Shown piece by piece: positions 1 through 10,184 of a stretch of 64,000 bases of DNA. Position 1 is the stretch's first letter. Each line of letters opens with the position of its first letter. The notes under the pieces are model-generated. The model did not search any database and was not told the DNA's origin. It saw only the letters and a program-made list of their open reading frames with translations. The position numbers and the translations under genes are program-made. This DNA comes from an uncultured Eubacteriales bacterium (GTDB lineage Bacteria > Bacillota > Clostridia > Christensenellales > CAG-138), in assembly GCA_902765005.1 (NCBI GenBank), contig CACWYB010000004.1:95179-159178 (forward strand). Direction: 5' to 3'.

Positions 1-1
1 G

Positions 2-166
2 ATGATGAACGGTCACAAGTGGAACACCTTCGTGCTGGATCTGTCCTTCCTGGGCTGGCACATCCTATCCATCCTGACGCTGGGCATCCTGGAGATCTTC
101 TTTGTGACTCCCTACATTCAGGCCACCGATGCGGAGCTCTACATGGCCCTCTGCGACGCCAGGTAA
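2..166 (+). CDS. DUF975-like membrane protein, C-terminal fragment (5' end outside window)
   Basis: Frame 2 is open from the window edge to TAA 164-166. The tail FVLDLSFLGWHILSILTLGILEIFFVTPYIQATDAELYMALCDAR resembles the conserved last TM/aromatic end of DUF975 proteins. A hairpin plus T-run follows. Confidence 0.5.
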   Translation: MMNGHKWNTFVLDLSFLGWHILSILTLGILEIFFVTPYIQATDAELYMALCDAR

Positions 167-198
167 GAGCCAGGCGCAATAAACACCCCATGGCATGC

Positions 199-228
199 AA
201 AAAGCCGCGCTCCGTCCGCGGCTTTTTT
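199..228 (+). terminator. Rho-independent terminator
   Basis: AGCCGCG-ctccgtc-CGCGGCT stem-loop followed by TTTTT. Confidence 0.7.
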
Positions 229-339
229 GCTGGAAGAAAAGTCCATTGCGCAGCGGCGATTAGGGTGATATACTATTTTATTATTTCAAAAACCAGTTGT
301 ATTCCTTCGATCAGGAAAGCGGCGAAAAGAGGTAGCTAT

Positions 340-1230
340 ATGTTCGGAAGAAGACCCGATGGGCGGCGGATCGACAAGATCGATCCCGTCATGAAGATCA
401 CCCCCTATATCATGCAGCAGCGCAGCGACGCCCAGGTGTTCTTAAGGCACCGGGCGGATATGGAGCGCATGTCCGCCTATATCCGGGAGCAGGCGGAAAA
501 GGGGGAGAAGCTCAGCTACATGCAGATCATCGTGGCGGCCTATGTGCGGGCCATCAGCAGCAACCCGGAGATCAACCGCTTCATCATGAACAAGCAGCTC
601 TTCGCCCGAAACAACTGCTCCGCGGCCTTCACCATGCTCAAGGTGCCCCATCGGCCGGACGAGGGGGAGGCGGTGGTGAAGATCAAGTTCGATCTGACCG
701 ACACCATCTACGACGTGCGGGATCGGATGGAGGCCGCCGTGGAGGCCGTCCGGGGGGAGGACCAGGGCCCCGGGTTCATCGACAGGCTCCTTGCCTTCGT
801 GTTCGCGGTGCCGGGCCTGGCCACGCTGATCGTGGCGCTGGTGAAGCTGACGGACCGGTACGGCATCTGCCCCAAGTTCCTCATTGAGGAGCTGCCCTTC
901 CATGTGGGCATGTACATCACCAACACCGCCTCCATCGGCCTGCATGAGGTGAACCATCACATCTACAACTTCGGCGACGTGGGGCTGTTCTTCGGCATGG
1001 GCACCTCGGAGCGGGTGGCCGTGGAGGAGGAGGGGAGCATCCGGCTCAAGCGGTTTTTGCCCATCGGCATCACGGCGGACGAGCGGGTCTGCTCCGGCGC
1101 CCACTATGCTCGGTTCTTCGCGGACATGCGCCGGTATCTGGACCATCCGGAGCTGATGGAGCAGCCGCCCCAATCCGTTCGCTTTGACGAGGGCATGGAG
1201 TATCACGAGCCCAAGGTACAGAAGGCGTAA
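340..1230 (+). CDS. 2-oxoacid dehydrogenase E2-like acyltransferase catalytic-domain protein (stand-alone, non-canonical active site)
   Basis: ORF 19-1230. Start set at ATG 340 after AAAAGAGG, because the upstream part of the ORF crosses a terminator. The C-terminal block GITADERVCSGAHYARFFADMRRYLDHPELM aligns with the E2 DHRxxDG...F motif, but reads DERVCSG. Confidence 0.55.
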   Translation: MFGRRPDGRRIDKIDPVMKITPYIMQQRSDAQVFLRHRADMERMSAYIREQAEKGEKLSYMQIIVAAYVRAISSNPEINRFIMNKQLFARNNCSAAFTMLKVPHRPDEGEAVVKIKFDLTDTIYDVRDRMEAAVEAVRGEDQGPGFIDRLLAFVFAVPGLATLIVALVKLTDRYGICPKFLIEELPFHVGMYITNTASIGLHEVNHHIYNFGDVGLFFGMGTSERVAVEEEGSIRLKRFLPIGITADERVCSGAHYARFFADMRRYLDHPELMEQPPQSVRFDEGMEYHEPKVQKA

Positions 1231-1292
1231 CCTTTCTTTTCGCACCTTTTTCTTTTCCGTGAAAAGAAAAAGGTGCGTGAAAAAGAAAAGCA
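1231..1292. repeat. Solo unit of the CTTTTTCTTTTC/GAAAAGAAAAAG hairpin repeat family
   Basis: GCACCTTTTTCTTTTC-cgt-GAAAAGAAAAAGGTGC is nested inside complementary CCTTTCTTTTC ... GAAAAAGAAAAG flanks. It starts directly after stop 1228-1230. Confidence 0.85.
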
Positions 1293-1316
1293 CATCTATG
1301 ATACTGTAAGTAACGC

Positions 1317-1348
1317 GCGGAAAGCTGGTCGGCTTTCCGCTTTTTTTT
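1317..1348 (+). terminator. Rho-independent terminator
   Basis: GCGGAAAGC-tggtc-GCTTTCCGC followed by T8. Confidence 0.8.
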
Positions 1349-1349
1349 G

Positions 1350-1378
1350 TTGACAGATAAGAGAGGAGGGATTATACT
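1350..1378 (+). promoter_or_regulatory. Sigma-70-type promoter of the ArsR/HMA/CadA operon
   Basis: TTGACA (1350-1355), 17-nt spacer, TATACT (1373-1378). Confidence 0.75.
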
Positions 1379-1404
1379 AACACATGAACAGATGTTCATG
1401 TGTT
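1379..1404. promoter_or_regulatory. ArsR/SmtB-type 12-2-12 operator
   Basis: Perfect inverted repeat AACACATGAACA-ga-TGTTCATGTGTT. It contains the TGAACA..TGTTCA core known for SmtB/CzrA/CadC operators and starts immediately after the -10 box. Confidence 0.8.
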
Positions 1405-1425
1405 TTCGAAAAGGAGGGAGCCGAT

Positions 1426-1824
1426 ATGACCAAGCGGGATCATGCGGAGGTATGCGAGGAACTTTGCACCCACCAGGACATTTTGGATCGGGTGAAACCG
1501 GATATGCCCGACGAGGAGCGGCTCTACGATCTGGCGGAGCTGTTCAAGGTGTTTGGCGACACCACCCGGATTCGGATTTTGTATGTGCTGTTCGAGTCGG
1601 AAATGTGCGTGTGCGACATCGCGGCTCTGCTGAACATGACCCAGTCCGCCATCTCTCACCAGCTCAAGATCCTCAAGCAGGCCCGGCTGGTCCGCAACCG
1701 GCGGGAGGGGAAAACCGTCTTTTATTTCCTGGACGACGACCATGTGCGGACCGTTATCGGTCAGGGCATGGAGCATATCGAAGAAAAACATGGGAGGAGA
1801 AAAAAACATGAAGAAGACCTATAA
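1426..1824 (+). CDS. ArsR/SmtB family metal-responsive transcriptional repressor
   Basis: ATG 1426 follows AAGGAGGGAG. It has the wHTH block LFKVFGDTTRIRILYVL...CVCDIAALLNMTQSAISHQLKILKQARLV and N-terminal Cys residues (CEELC). Confidence 0.9.
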   Translation: MTKRDHAEVCEELCTHQDILDRVKPDMPDEERLYDLAELFKVFGDTTRIRILYVLFESEMCVCDIAALLNMTQSAISHQLKILKQARLVRNRREGKTVFYFLDDDHVRTVIGQGMEHIEEKHGRRKKHEEDL

Positions 1825-2026
1825 GATCGACGTGGACTGCGCCAACTGCGCCAACCTCATGGAGCGGGAGACCAAGAAGACCCCCGGCGTAAAGGACGCC
1901 GTGGTAAGCTTTATGACCCTGAAGATGAAGGTGGAGTTCGAGGACGGAGCGGACGAAGCCGCCGTCATGGCCGACGTGCTCAAAAACTGCAAGAAGGCCG
2001 AGCCCGACTGCGAGATTTATCTGTAA
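1808..2026 (+). CDS. Heavy-metal-associated (HMA) domain protein, DCANCA type
   Basis: ATG 1808 follows GGGAGGAG and overlaps the arsR-like 3' end. The sequence MKKTYKIDVDCANCANLMERE..VSFMTLKMKVEF is the ferredoxin-like HMA fold that usually forms the N-terminus of Firmicute CadA pumps. Confidence 0.8.
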   Translation: MKKTYKIDVDCANCANLMERETKKTPGVKDAVVSFMTLKMKVEFEDGADEAAVMADVLKNCKKAEPDCEIYL

Positions 2027-2035
2027 GGGTTTGTT

Positions 2036-2190
2036 CTGCCGCTTTTTCTTTTCGGTGAAAAGCAAAAGCGGCGGAAAAAGAAAAGCTTAGGAAGGGGGCT
2101 TGGGCTTCATTCCTATTCATATTATCTTTCCTGTGCTTCTCTTTTTTCGGTTCCTTTTTTCGCTTCACCGAAGAGAAAAAAGGAACAAAA
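2036..2190. repeat. Composite three-hairpin repeat (inside the cad operon)
   Basis: GCCGCTTTTTCTTTTC-ggt-GAAAAGCAAAAGCGGC, then GGAAAAAGAAAAGCTTAGGAAG...CTTTCCTGTGCTTCTCTTTTTT, then TTCCTTTTTTCGCTTC-acc-GAAGAGAAAAAAGGAA. Confidence 0.85.
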
Positions 2191-2202
2191 AGAAGGAGTC
2201 CT

Positions 2203-4092
<1,890 letters not shown>

Positions 4093-4102
4093 TAGTATGC
4101 CA

Positions 4103-4241
4103 GATCCATTTTCTTGAAAGAAGAAGGACCAAAAAGACCTTTACCCATACGAAATCGCTCAGGAAGTCTAATGCATTCGTCTTCCTGAGCTTTTCTTTTT
4201 CCGCCGCTTTTTCTTTTCACCGAAAAGAAAAAGCGGCAAAA
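4103..4241. repeat. Composite three-hairpin repeat
   Basis: GATCCATTTTCTTGAAAGAAGAAGGACC, then a central hairpin GCTCAGGAAGtc..GTCTTCCTGAGC followed by CTTTTCTTTTT, then GCCGCTTTTTCTTTTC-acc-GAAAAGAAAAAGCGGC. Confidence 0.9.
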
Positions 4242-4249
4242 CACAAGCA

Positions 4250-4278
4250 TTGAAAACATCATCGCTTTTTGGTATACT
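4250..4278 (+). promoter_or_regulatory. Promoter with extended -10
   Basis: TTGAAA, 17-nt spacer, TGgTATACT. The ATG is 31 nt downstream. Confidence 0.55.
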
Positions 4279-4308
4279 CTACCTATCTTATTCCGGGAGG
4301 GATTGCGC

Positions 4309-4854
4309 ATGAAGTGGCTCATCGCGTCGGACCTGCACGGCTCCGCCTACTACTGCCGGCAGCTGCTGGCGGCCTTCGACCGGGAGGCGGCGGACCGGAT
4401 GCTGCTCCTGGGGGACCTTTTGTACCACGGCCCCCGGAACGACCTGCCTCGGGACTACGATCCCAAGGCGGTGACGGCCCTGCTGAACGAGCGCCAGCGG
4501 GACATTTTGGCCGTTCGGGGCAACTGCGACGCGGACATCGATCAGGTGGTCCTCCAGTTCCCCATCCTGGCGGACTACGCCCTGTTCTCGGAGGCCGGGA
4601 AGCTCATCTTCGTCACCCACGGGCACCTGTTCAACCTGGAGCATCTGCCGCCCCTGCACGAGGGGGACATCCTGCTTCACGGCCACACCCACGTGCCCGC
4701 CTGCCAGGAGCAGGGCGGCGTTATCTACCTGAACCCGGGCTCCCTGTCCATGCCCAAGGAGGATTCCCCCCACAGCTACATGACCCTGGAGGATGGGCTT
4801 TTCCTTTGGAAAACGCTGGAAACCGGGGAGATCTTCCGCACCTATCGCCTGTAA
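4309..4854 (+). CDS. YfcE-family metallophosphoesterase (phosphodiesterase)
   Basis: ATG 4309 lies 8 nt after GGGAGG. Motifs seen: SDLHGS, GDLLYHGPRN, RGNCD, VTHGH, LHGHTH. Confidence 0.8.
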   Translation: MKWLIASDLHGSAYYCRQLLAAFDREAADRMLLLGDLLYHGPRNDLPRDYDPKAVTALLNERQRDILAVRGNCDADIDQVVLQFPILADYALFSEAGKLIFVTHGHLFNLEHLPPLHEGDILLHGHTHVPACQEQGGVIYLNPGSLSMPKEDSPHSYMTLEDGLFLWKTLETGEIFRTYRL

Positions 4855-4977
4855 CCTATTTTGTTCTTCCCCATACCACGGGCTTCGGCTCCCGTGGTAT
4901 ATATTTTATGTTTGCAATTGAGGGGCCGTAACGCTATACTGATACTGCATCACCTGATATATCGGAAAGGAACCCAC

Positions 4978-6753
4978 ATGAATCCAAGACATCCCGGAAA
5001 ACAAAGCGTGCGGCTGCTGGCGGCCCTGCTTTCCCTCATCCTGCTGGCGGGCAGCGCCTTTGGGCCGGCCCGGACCCGGGCTGACCAGGGCCCTGACCCC
5101 ACCGCGGCTCCCGCTACGCCCACACCCGCCCCCATCCAGGGCGGAGAGGATGTGATCCTGGGCGGTCGGGACGCCACGGGCTATCAGGGCGTCATCGCCA
5201 CGGGCCGGGCCGAGTGCACGGAGATCGGCCTCAACATCCTGAAAAACGGCGGCAACGCTGTGGACGCGGCGGTGGCCGTGGGCTTCGCTTTGGGCGTGTG
5301 CGAGCAGCAATCCTCCGGCATCGGCGGCGGCGGGTTCATGACGCTGCGCCTGGCGGACACGGGGGAGGTCGTCTTCATCGATTTTCGGGACCGGTCCGCA
5401 GCCGCTGCTTCCCTGGACATGTGGACCGTCAACCCGGACGGCTCCGTGGCCAACGAAGAGAATAAGATCGGCGGCAAGGCCGTGGCGGTCCCCGGGGAGG
5501 TGAAGGGCCTGCTCTATGCCCTGGAGCGATACGGCACCATGAGCAGGGAGGAGGCCATGGCCCCGGCCATAAAGATGGCGGAGGAGGGCTTCACCGTGTC
5601 CCACATCACCAGCCGGGACATCAAGGACGCCTACCGGGCCATCATCCGGTACGACAGCACCTCCGAAATCTACCTGGACGAGGACCTGATGCCCTTCGAG
5701 GCGGGGGACATCATCCGGAATCCCGATTTGGCGGCCACCTTGCGCCTCATCGCCGAGAAGGGGGAGGAGGTCTTTTACCGGGGCGAGATCGCCGAGAAGA
5801 TCGTCGCCACCGTCCAGGCCGACGGGGGCTGCCTCACCCTGGAGGACTTTGCCAACTACGACATCCACGTGACCGAGCCCGTTCACGGAACCTATCGGGG
5901 CTACGACATCTACAGCTCCAACCTGCCCAGCTCCGGCGGCACCATCATCATCGAGATGCTGAACATCCTGGAAAACTTCGACGTGGCCGCCCTGGATATG
6001 GAGAGCCCGGAATACTTCCACCTGCTTTCCGAGGTCATGAAGCTCTGCTATGCCGACCGGGCCAAGTATATGGGCGACCCGGAGTATGTGGAGGTGCCCG
6101 TGGCGGGCCTGGTCGACAAAGCCTATGCCCAGGGGCTGGCGGACAAGATCGACCTGAAAAATTCCCAAACCTATGGGGCCGGGGACCCCTGGCCCTTTGA
6201 GTCCGATTCCACCACCAGCTATTCCATCCTTGACGCGGCGGGAAACATGGTGGCCGTGACCAAGACAGTGGACGCCACCTTCGCTTCGGCCCTGGTGGCG
6301 GAGGGCACGGGCATCCTGCTCAACGACACCCTCTTCGACTTTTCCACTGACCCCAGCAGCCCCAACGTGGTGGCGGGGAACAAGCGTCCCTTGAGCTCCA
6401 TGAGCCCCACCTTGGTCACGAAGGACGATCAGCCCTTCCTGGCCCTGGGCGCCCCCGGCTCCACCCGGATCATCAGCGGTGTGTTCCAGGTCATCACCAA
6501 GGTCATCGACCACGGCCTGGATGTGCAGGACGCCATCGACGCCGTCCGCATGCACGACGACTTCGGCACGCTGATCCTGGAGCGCCGGGTCAGCGACGAG
6601 ACCATAGACACCCTGCGGCAGATGGGCCATGAGATGAACGTGAGCGAGGTATGGTTCACCTTTCCCTGCGTGCAGGCGGTCCAGCGCCTGCCGGACGGCA
6701 CCCTGCGGGGCGCGGCGGACCCGCGGCGGGACGGCCAGGCGGCGGCCTATTGA
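4978..6753 (+). CDS. ggt: Gamma-glutamyltransferase family protein, Sec-type signal peptide
   Basis: Start set at ATG 4978 (MNPRHPGKQSVRLLAALLSLILLAGSAFG). GGT blocks seen: GGNAVDAAVA and SGIGGGGFM. The nucleophile Thr lies in DSTTSYSILD. At the oxyanion position it reads GAPGS where its paralog reads GSPGG. Confidence 0.85.
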   Translation: MNPRHPGKQSVRLLAALLSLILLAGSAFGPARTRADQGPDPTAAPATPTPAPIQGGEDVILGGRDATGYQGVIATGRAECTEIGLNILKNGGNAVDAAVAVGFALGVCEQQSSGIGGGGFMTLRLADTGEVVFIDFRDRSAAAASLDMWTVNPDGSVANEENKIGGKAVAVPGEVKGLLYALERYGTMSREEAMAPAIKMAEEGFTVSHITSRDIKDAYRAIIRYDSTSEIYLDEDLMPFEAGDIIRNPDLAATLRLIAEKGEEVFYRGEIAEKIVATVQADGGCLTLEDFANYDIHVTEPVHGTYRGYDIYSSNLPSSGGTIIIEMLNILENFDVAALDMESPEYFHLLSEVMKLCYADRAKYMGDPEYVEVPVAGLVDKAYAQGLADKIDLKNSQTYGAGDPWPFESDSTTSYSILDAAGNMVAVTKTVDATFASALVAEGTGILLNDTLFDFSTDPSSPNVVAGNKRPLSSMSPTLVTKDDQPFLALGAPGSTRIISGVFQVITKVIDHGLDVQDAIDAVRMHDDFGTLILERRVSDETIDTLRQMGHEMNVSEVWFTFPCVQAVQRLPDGTLRGAADPRRDGQAAAY

Positions 6754-6794
6754 GTGGAAACAACTTGTATAAAAAAGATATAAAGGAGAAAAAC

Positions 6795-7247
6795 ATGAAG
6801 ACCGGCGAAGAGCATTTTCAGGATTATTTGGACTCTCTGGAGAAGAAGCACATGCAGGATCTGGGCCTGTCCCTTATGGCCTCGGCCTATTCCAACTATG
6901 CCCCGGCCCAGGCCATCCTGGGGCGCTACCACCTGCTGGGGGAGGTCTTTCCCCGGGATCTGCCCGATGCCCTAAAGTGGCTGGAGAAGGCCGTGGCGCA
7001 GGACTACGCCCCGGCCATGACCACCCTGGCCGCCATGTATATGTTCGGCGACGGGGTGAAGGTCAACGGCAAGAAGGCGGTGGAGCTGCTCACCCGGGCC
7101 ATCGAGCTGGGGGACGGGGAAGCCCTGTTCGTGCGGGGCGTGTGCAGCGAGAAGGGCATCGGCGTCAGCAAGGACCCGCAGGACGCCAAAGCTTGGTACG
7201 AGAAGGCCGCCCAGAAGGGCATTACCGAGAGCGCCCTTATGGCGTGA
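6795..7247 (+). CDS. Sel1-like repeat (SLR/TPR) protein
   Basis: ATG 6795 follows AAGGAGAAAAAC. It carries repeated A..WLEKAA.QGY..A / AKAWYEKAAQKG Sel1 motifs and has no signal peptide. Confidence 0.7.
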   Translation: MKTGEEHFQDYLDSLEKKHMQDLGLSLMASAYSNYAPAQAILGRYHLLGEVFPRDLPDALKWLEKAVAQDYAPAMTTLAAMYMFGDGVKVNGKKAVELLTRAIELGDGEALFVRGVCSEKGIGVSKDPQDAKAWYEKAAQKGITESALMA

Positions 7248-7403
7248 GGTAAAGAAACCGGAAAGGAATCCCCTTGGCGGGGACGCCCCAAAAAACACTT
7301 GACAAACGGGTGTAACACCGCCAAAATATAAATACGGGATTATATACCTTCTGCCTAACGATTTAGGCTCAAGGCCATCTTGCGAAGCTGTTGGAGTTGG
7401 CAT

Positions 7404-8546
7404 ATGCTCATTCAGAACGGAAAACTGCTGCTGGACGACGACTTTGTCTATCGGGATCTGCGGATCGAAGGGGACAGGATTGTGGAGATCCTGCCCTATG
7501 GCTCCCAGCCCCGCCAGGGGGAGCAGACCATGGATGTCTATGGGATGGCCATTACCCCCGGCTTCATCGATCTGGAGGTTCATGGGTCCCTGGGCCGAGA
7601 TTTTTCCGATGCGGACCCGGAGGGCATGAAGGTCATTTCCAAATCCCTGCTGCGGGACGGGGTCACCGGGTATCTGGCGGCGGTGAACGCCTTCCCTGAG
7701 GACGTTCTGACGGAAACCTATGAAGCCCTGGGTCAATGGATGGACGACCCTCAGCCGGGCATGGCCCGCATGCTGGGCGTCCATATGCGGGGGCCCTTCA
7801 TTTCGCCGGCGGCGGCGGGCTGCCAGGACGAGGCCTATGTGAAGGATCCGGACCTGGACCTGTTCCGGCGGCTGAACGACCTGTGCGGGAAACGGGTCAA
7901 GTTGCTGACCACATCCCCGGAGCTTGCGGGGGCCAGGCATTTCATTCAGGAAGCGGCCAAGGAATGCTTCGTTTGCCTGGGCAATTCCAACGCAGACTTT
8001 GACACCGCCCGCATGGCCTACGCCTACGGCGCCCGGGGCATGACGGACCCCTTCCACAACACGGGCACTTTCTCGGCGGAGGATCCGGGCCTCATCGGCG
8101 CCGGCATGGACGTGGCGGAGGCCATCCTCATCAACTTCACCGATGAGGAATCCATCCATCCCGCCACATTGCGAATGCTGATGCGGGGAAATTTCCGCCG
8201 ACTCTGTTTCATCAGCGGCAAAACCGCCTTTGCGGGCTTGCCCAATGGGGTTTATGAGATCGAACACCACCAGGTGAAGAAGTCCATGACCAAGGCGGCT
8301 TTTGAGAACGGACAAGATGCAGGAAGCGTGATGGGGCTTCACACGATTTGCAGAAAGGTCATGAACATGAGCGGCATTCCAGTGCCATTGCTGTTCAAAA
8401 CGGTGACGGAGATACCTGCCCGCATTTTGGGAGTCTTTGATGAGGTGGGCAGCATTGAGGTCGGCAAACGAGCGGACCTCGTCATGTTGGATTTTCATGA
8501 ATATGCCGTGGAACATGTGTTCCTCAGCGGGAAACAGGTTTTTTAA
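7404..8546 (+). CDS. NagA-fold amidohydrolase-like protein with degenerate active site
   Basis: ATG 7404 follows GGAG. Collinear NagA blocks are present (PGFIDLEVHG, LGVHMRGP, LTTSPE, LGNSNAD, SIEVGKRADLVMLD). The positions of E. coli NagA E131/H195/D273 read R/N/G. Confidence 0.6.
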   Translation: MLIQNGKLLLDDDFVYRDLRIEGDRIVEILPYGSQPRQGEQTMDVYGMAITPGFIDLEVHGSLGRDFSDADPEGMKVISKSLLRDGVTGYLAAVNAFPEDVLTETYEALGQWMDDPQPGMARMLGVHMRGPFISPAAAGCQDEAYVKDPDLDLFRRLNDLCGKRVKLLTTSPELAGARHFIQEAAKECFVCLGNSNADFDTARMAYAYGARGMTDPFHNTGTFSAEDPGLIGAGMDVAEAILINFTDEESIHPATLRMLMRGNFRRLCFISGKTAFAGLPNGVYEIEHHQVKKSMTKAAFENGQDAGSVMGLHTICRKVMNMSGIPVPLLFKTVTEIPARILGVFDEVGSIEVGKRADLVMLDFHEYAVEHVFLSGKQVF

Positions 8547-8562
8547 GAAGGGAGACGGGGAT

Positions 8563-9075
8563 TTGAAGCTTGGATTCGGTGAGCTCCTTATAATATTCGT
8601 GGTGATCCTGTTCATCATCGGGCCGGACAAGATCCCTTCCTTTGCCAAGAAGCTGGGGGAGGGCTTGCGGGCCTTTCGGAGCGCCACCAGCGATGTGACC
8701 AAGGAGATCAAGGAAAATGTGGTGGATCCGCTCAATGAGGCCCAGGCTCCGTTGCGGGAGGCCATGGAGCCCCTCACGGAGATGAAGGAGGAGATCAACA
8801 AGAGCGTGCGCGACATCAAGAAGGATGTGGCGGGCCTGAACAACGTGAACGCCCCCAAGAAGACCATCGAGGTGGGGGAGAGCGGCCCGGAGGAGGGGGA
8901 AGCGGCCCCGGCTCCGGTGAAGAAGATGAAGACCATCCATGTCTACGACAGCAACCTGGAGGAAGCCATGAAGGCGGAAGCCCCCAAGGCGGAGGCAGCC
9001 TCGGCGCCGGAAAAGACAGAATCCCCGGCGCAGGAAGCGCCCGCAGAAGCCCCCTCCGGCGAGCAGGCGGAATAA
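8563..9075 (+). CDS. tatA: TatA/TatB-family twin-arginine translocase subunit (long, TatB-like)
   Basis: TTG 8563 follows AAGGGAGACGGGG. LKLGFGELLIIFVVILFIIGPDKIPSFAKKLGEGLRAFR gives the TM plus amphipathic helix signature. A long acidic Ala/Pro tail follows. Confidence 0.75.
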   Translation: MKLGFGELLIIFVVILFIIGPDKIPSFAKKLGEGLRAFRSATSDVTKEIKENVVDPLNEAQAPLREAMEPLTEMKEEINKSVRDIKKDVAGLNNVNAPKKTIEVGESGPEEGEAAPAPVKKMKTIHVYDSNLEEAMKAEAPKAEAASAPEKTESPAQEAPAEAPSGEQAE

Positions 9076-9115
9076 CCCATCCAACGGAACTTTTTGCAAA
9101 GAAGGAGAAAAGAAC

Positions 9116-9283
9116 ATGAGACTCGGAACCAATGAACTCATCATCATCTTGGTCATCGTGCTGCTGATCGTGGGCCCCACCCAGATCCCCAAGCTGGCCA
9201 AGCTCTTCGGCAAAGCCTCCAAGAAATTCAAAGAAGGCATAAACAACGAAGAAGAAGATGGCGAAAAGTCCAAAGAAAGCTGA
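9116..9283 (+). CDS. tatA: TatA twin-arginine translocase subunit (55 aa; absent from the supplied ORF track)
   Basis: ATG 9116 follows GAAGGAGAAAAGAAC. It reads MRLGTNELIIILVIVLLIVGPTQIPKLAKLFGKASKKFKEG... with stop TGA 9281-9283, and its 3' end overlaps the tatC start. Confidence 0.8.
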   Translation: MRLGTNELIIILVIVLLIVGPTQIPKLAKLFGKASKKFKEGINNEEEDGEKSKES

Positions 9284-10076
9284 GCAGTCGCTGACAGAGT
9301 CGGAGCGCCTGGAGAAGGAGGCCGCTCAGACCGGCGGGTCCATGCCCCTCACCGGCCATCTCAAGGAGATGCGCAACCGGATCGCGGTGGTCCTGGTCGC
9401 CTTCGTGGCTTTCAACGTGGTGCTCATCACCCGAGCCCAGGTGCTGGTGGGCTTTCTCACGGACATGGGGGCGGCCTATGGATACAAGTTTATCTATATC
9501 TCCCCCTCCGAGCTGCTGCTGCAGCAGTTCAAGGCAGCCATCACGGCCAGCTTCATCCTGTGCATCCCGCTGATCCTCTATGAGATCTTCGCCTTCATGA
9601 AGCCGGGCCTCACCCGCAAGGAGAAATCCGGCATCCGTTTCGGGCTGATCTTCGGAGTGGTGTTCTTCGCCGCCGGCGCGTTCTTCGCCTATAAGATCGT
9701 CCTCCCCTTCATGCTCCAGTTTCTCATCAAACAGGGGCAGGGCACGGACTATGTGGCTTCGGTCAGCATCGCGAACTATATCAGCTTCCTGCTGCTGATC
9801 TTCACCATCTTCGGATTCATCTTCGAGATGCCCCTGGTCAGCGTCATTTTGAGCCGGCTGGGCATCCTGACCCCGAAGATCATGCGCAAGATCCGGGGCG
9901 GCGCCATCATCGTGATCTTCATCGTGGCGGCCATCATCACCCCCCCGGACATCTTTTCCCAGGTCATGGTAGCGGTGCCCATGGTGCTGCTGTATGAGCT
10001 GAGCATCGGCCTTTGCATCCTCTTCCAGAAGCGCAAGAAGGCGGCCGAGGAAGCCCAGGAGGAAGAGGAGGATTGA
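9258..10076 (+). CDS. tatC: Twin-arginine translocase subunit TatC
   Basis: 272 aa with six predicted TM segments. The TatC N-terminal motif is present (PLTGHLKEMRNRI). ATG 9342 is an alternative start. Confidence 0.85.
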   Translation: MAKSPKKAEQSLTESERLEKEAAQTGGSMPLTGHLKEMRNRIAVVLVAFVAFNVVLITRAQVLVGFLTDMGAAYGYKFIYISPSELLLQQFKAAITASFILCIPLILYEIFAFMKPGLTRKEKSGIRFGLIFGVVFFAAGAFFAYKIVLPFMLQFLIKQGQGTDYVASVSIANYISFLLLIFTIFGFIFEMPLVSVILSRLGILTPKIMRKIRGGAIIVIFIVAAIITPPDIFSQVMVAVPMVLLYELSIGLCILFQKRKKAAEEAQEEEED

Positions 10077-10184
10077 CCCAAGGGGCATGCCCCCACCCAA
10101 AACGAACTATAATCTCTTGTCCGTCCATATCTGCCAGGCAGCTTTGTTCCATCAAGAGATTATAAATACAAAGGAGGAAACACA

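Noticed and set aside
19-339. The 5' extension of ORF 19-1230 (a 403-aa version).
   Set aside because: The extension overlaps the preceding gene's 3' end in another frame and runs through a hairpin plus T-run terminator (199-228) and an AT-rich spacer. A good RBS and ATG occur at 340.
4309-4854. A small metallophosphoesterase (also 62475-63146) as the missing PgsA/CapA.
   Set aside because: PgsA/CapA proteins are ~380-aa membrane-anchored members of the PGA_cap family. These two are short cytosolic YfcE-like or generic calcineurin-like enzymes, unlinked to pgsBC.
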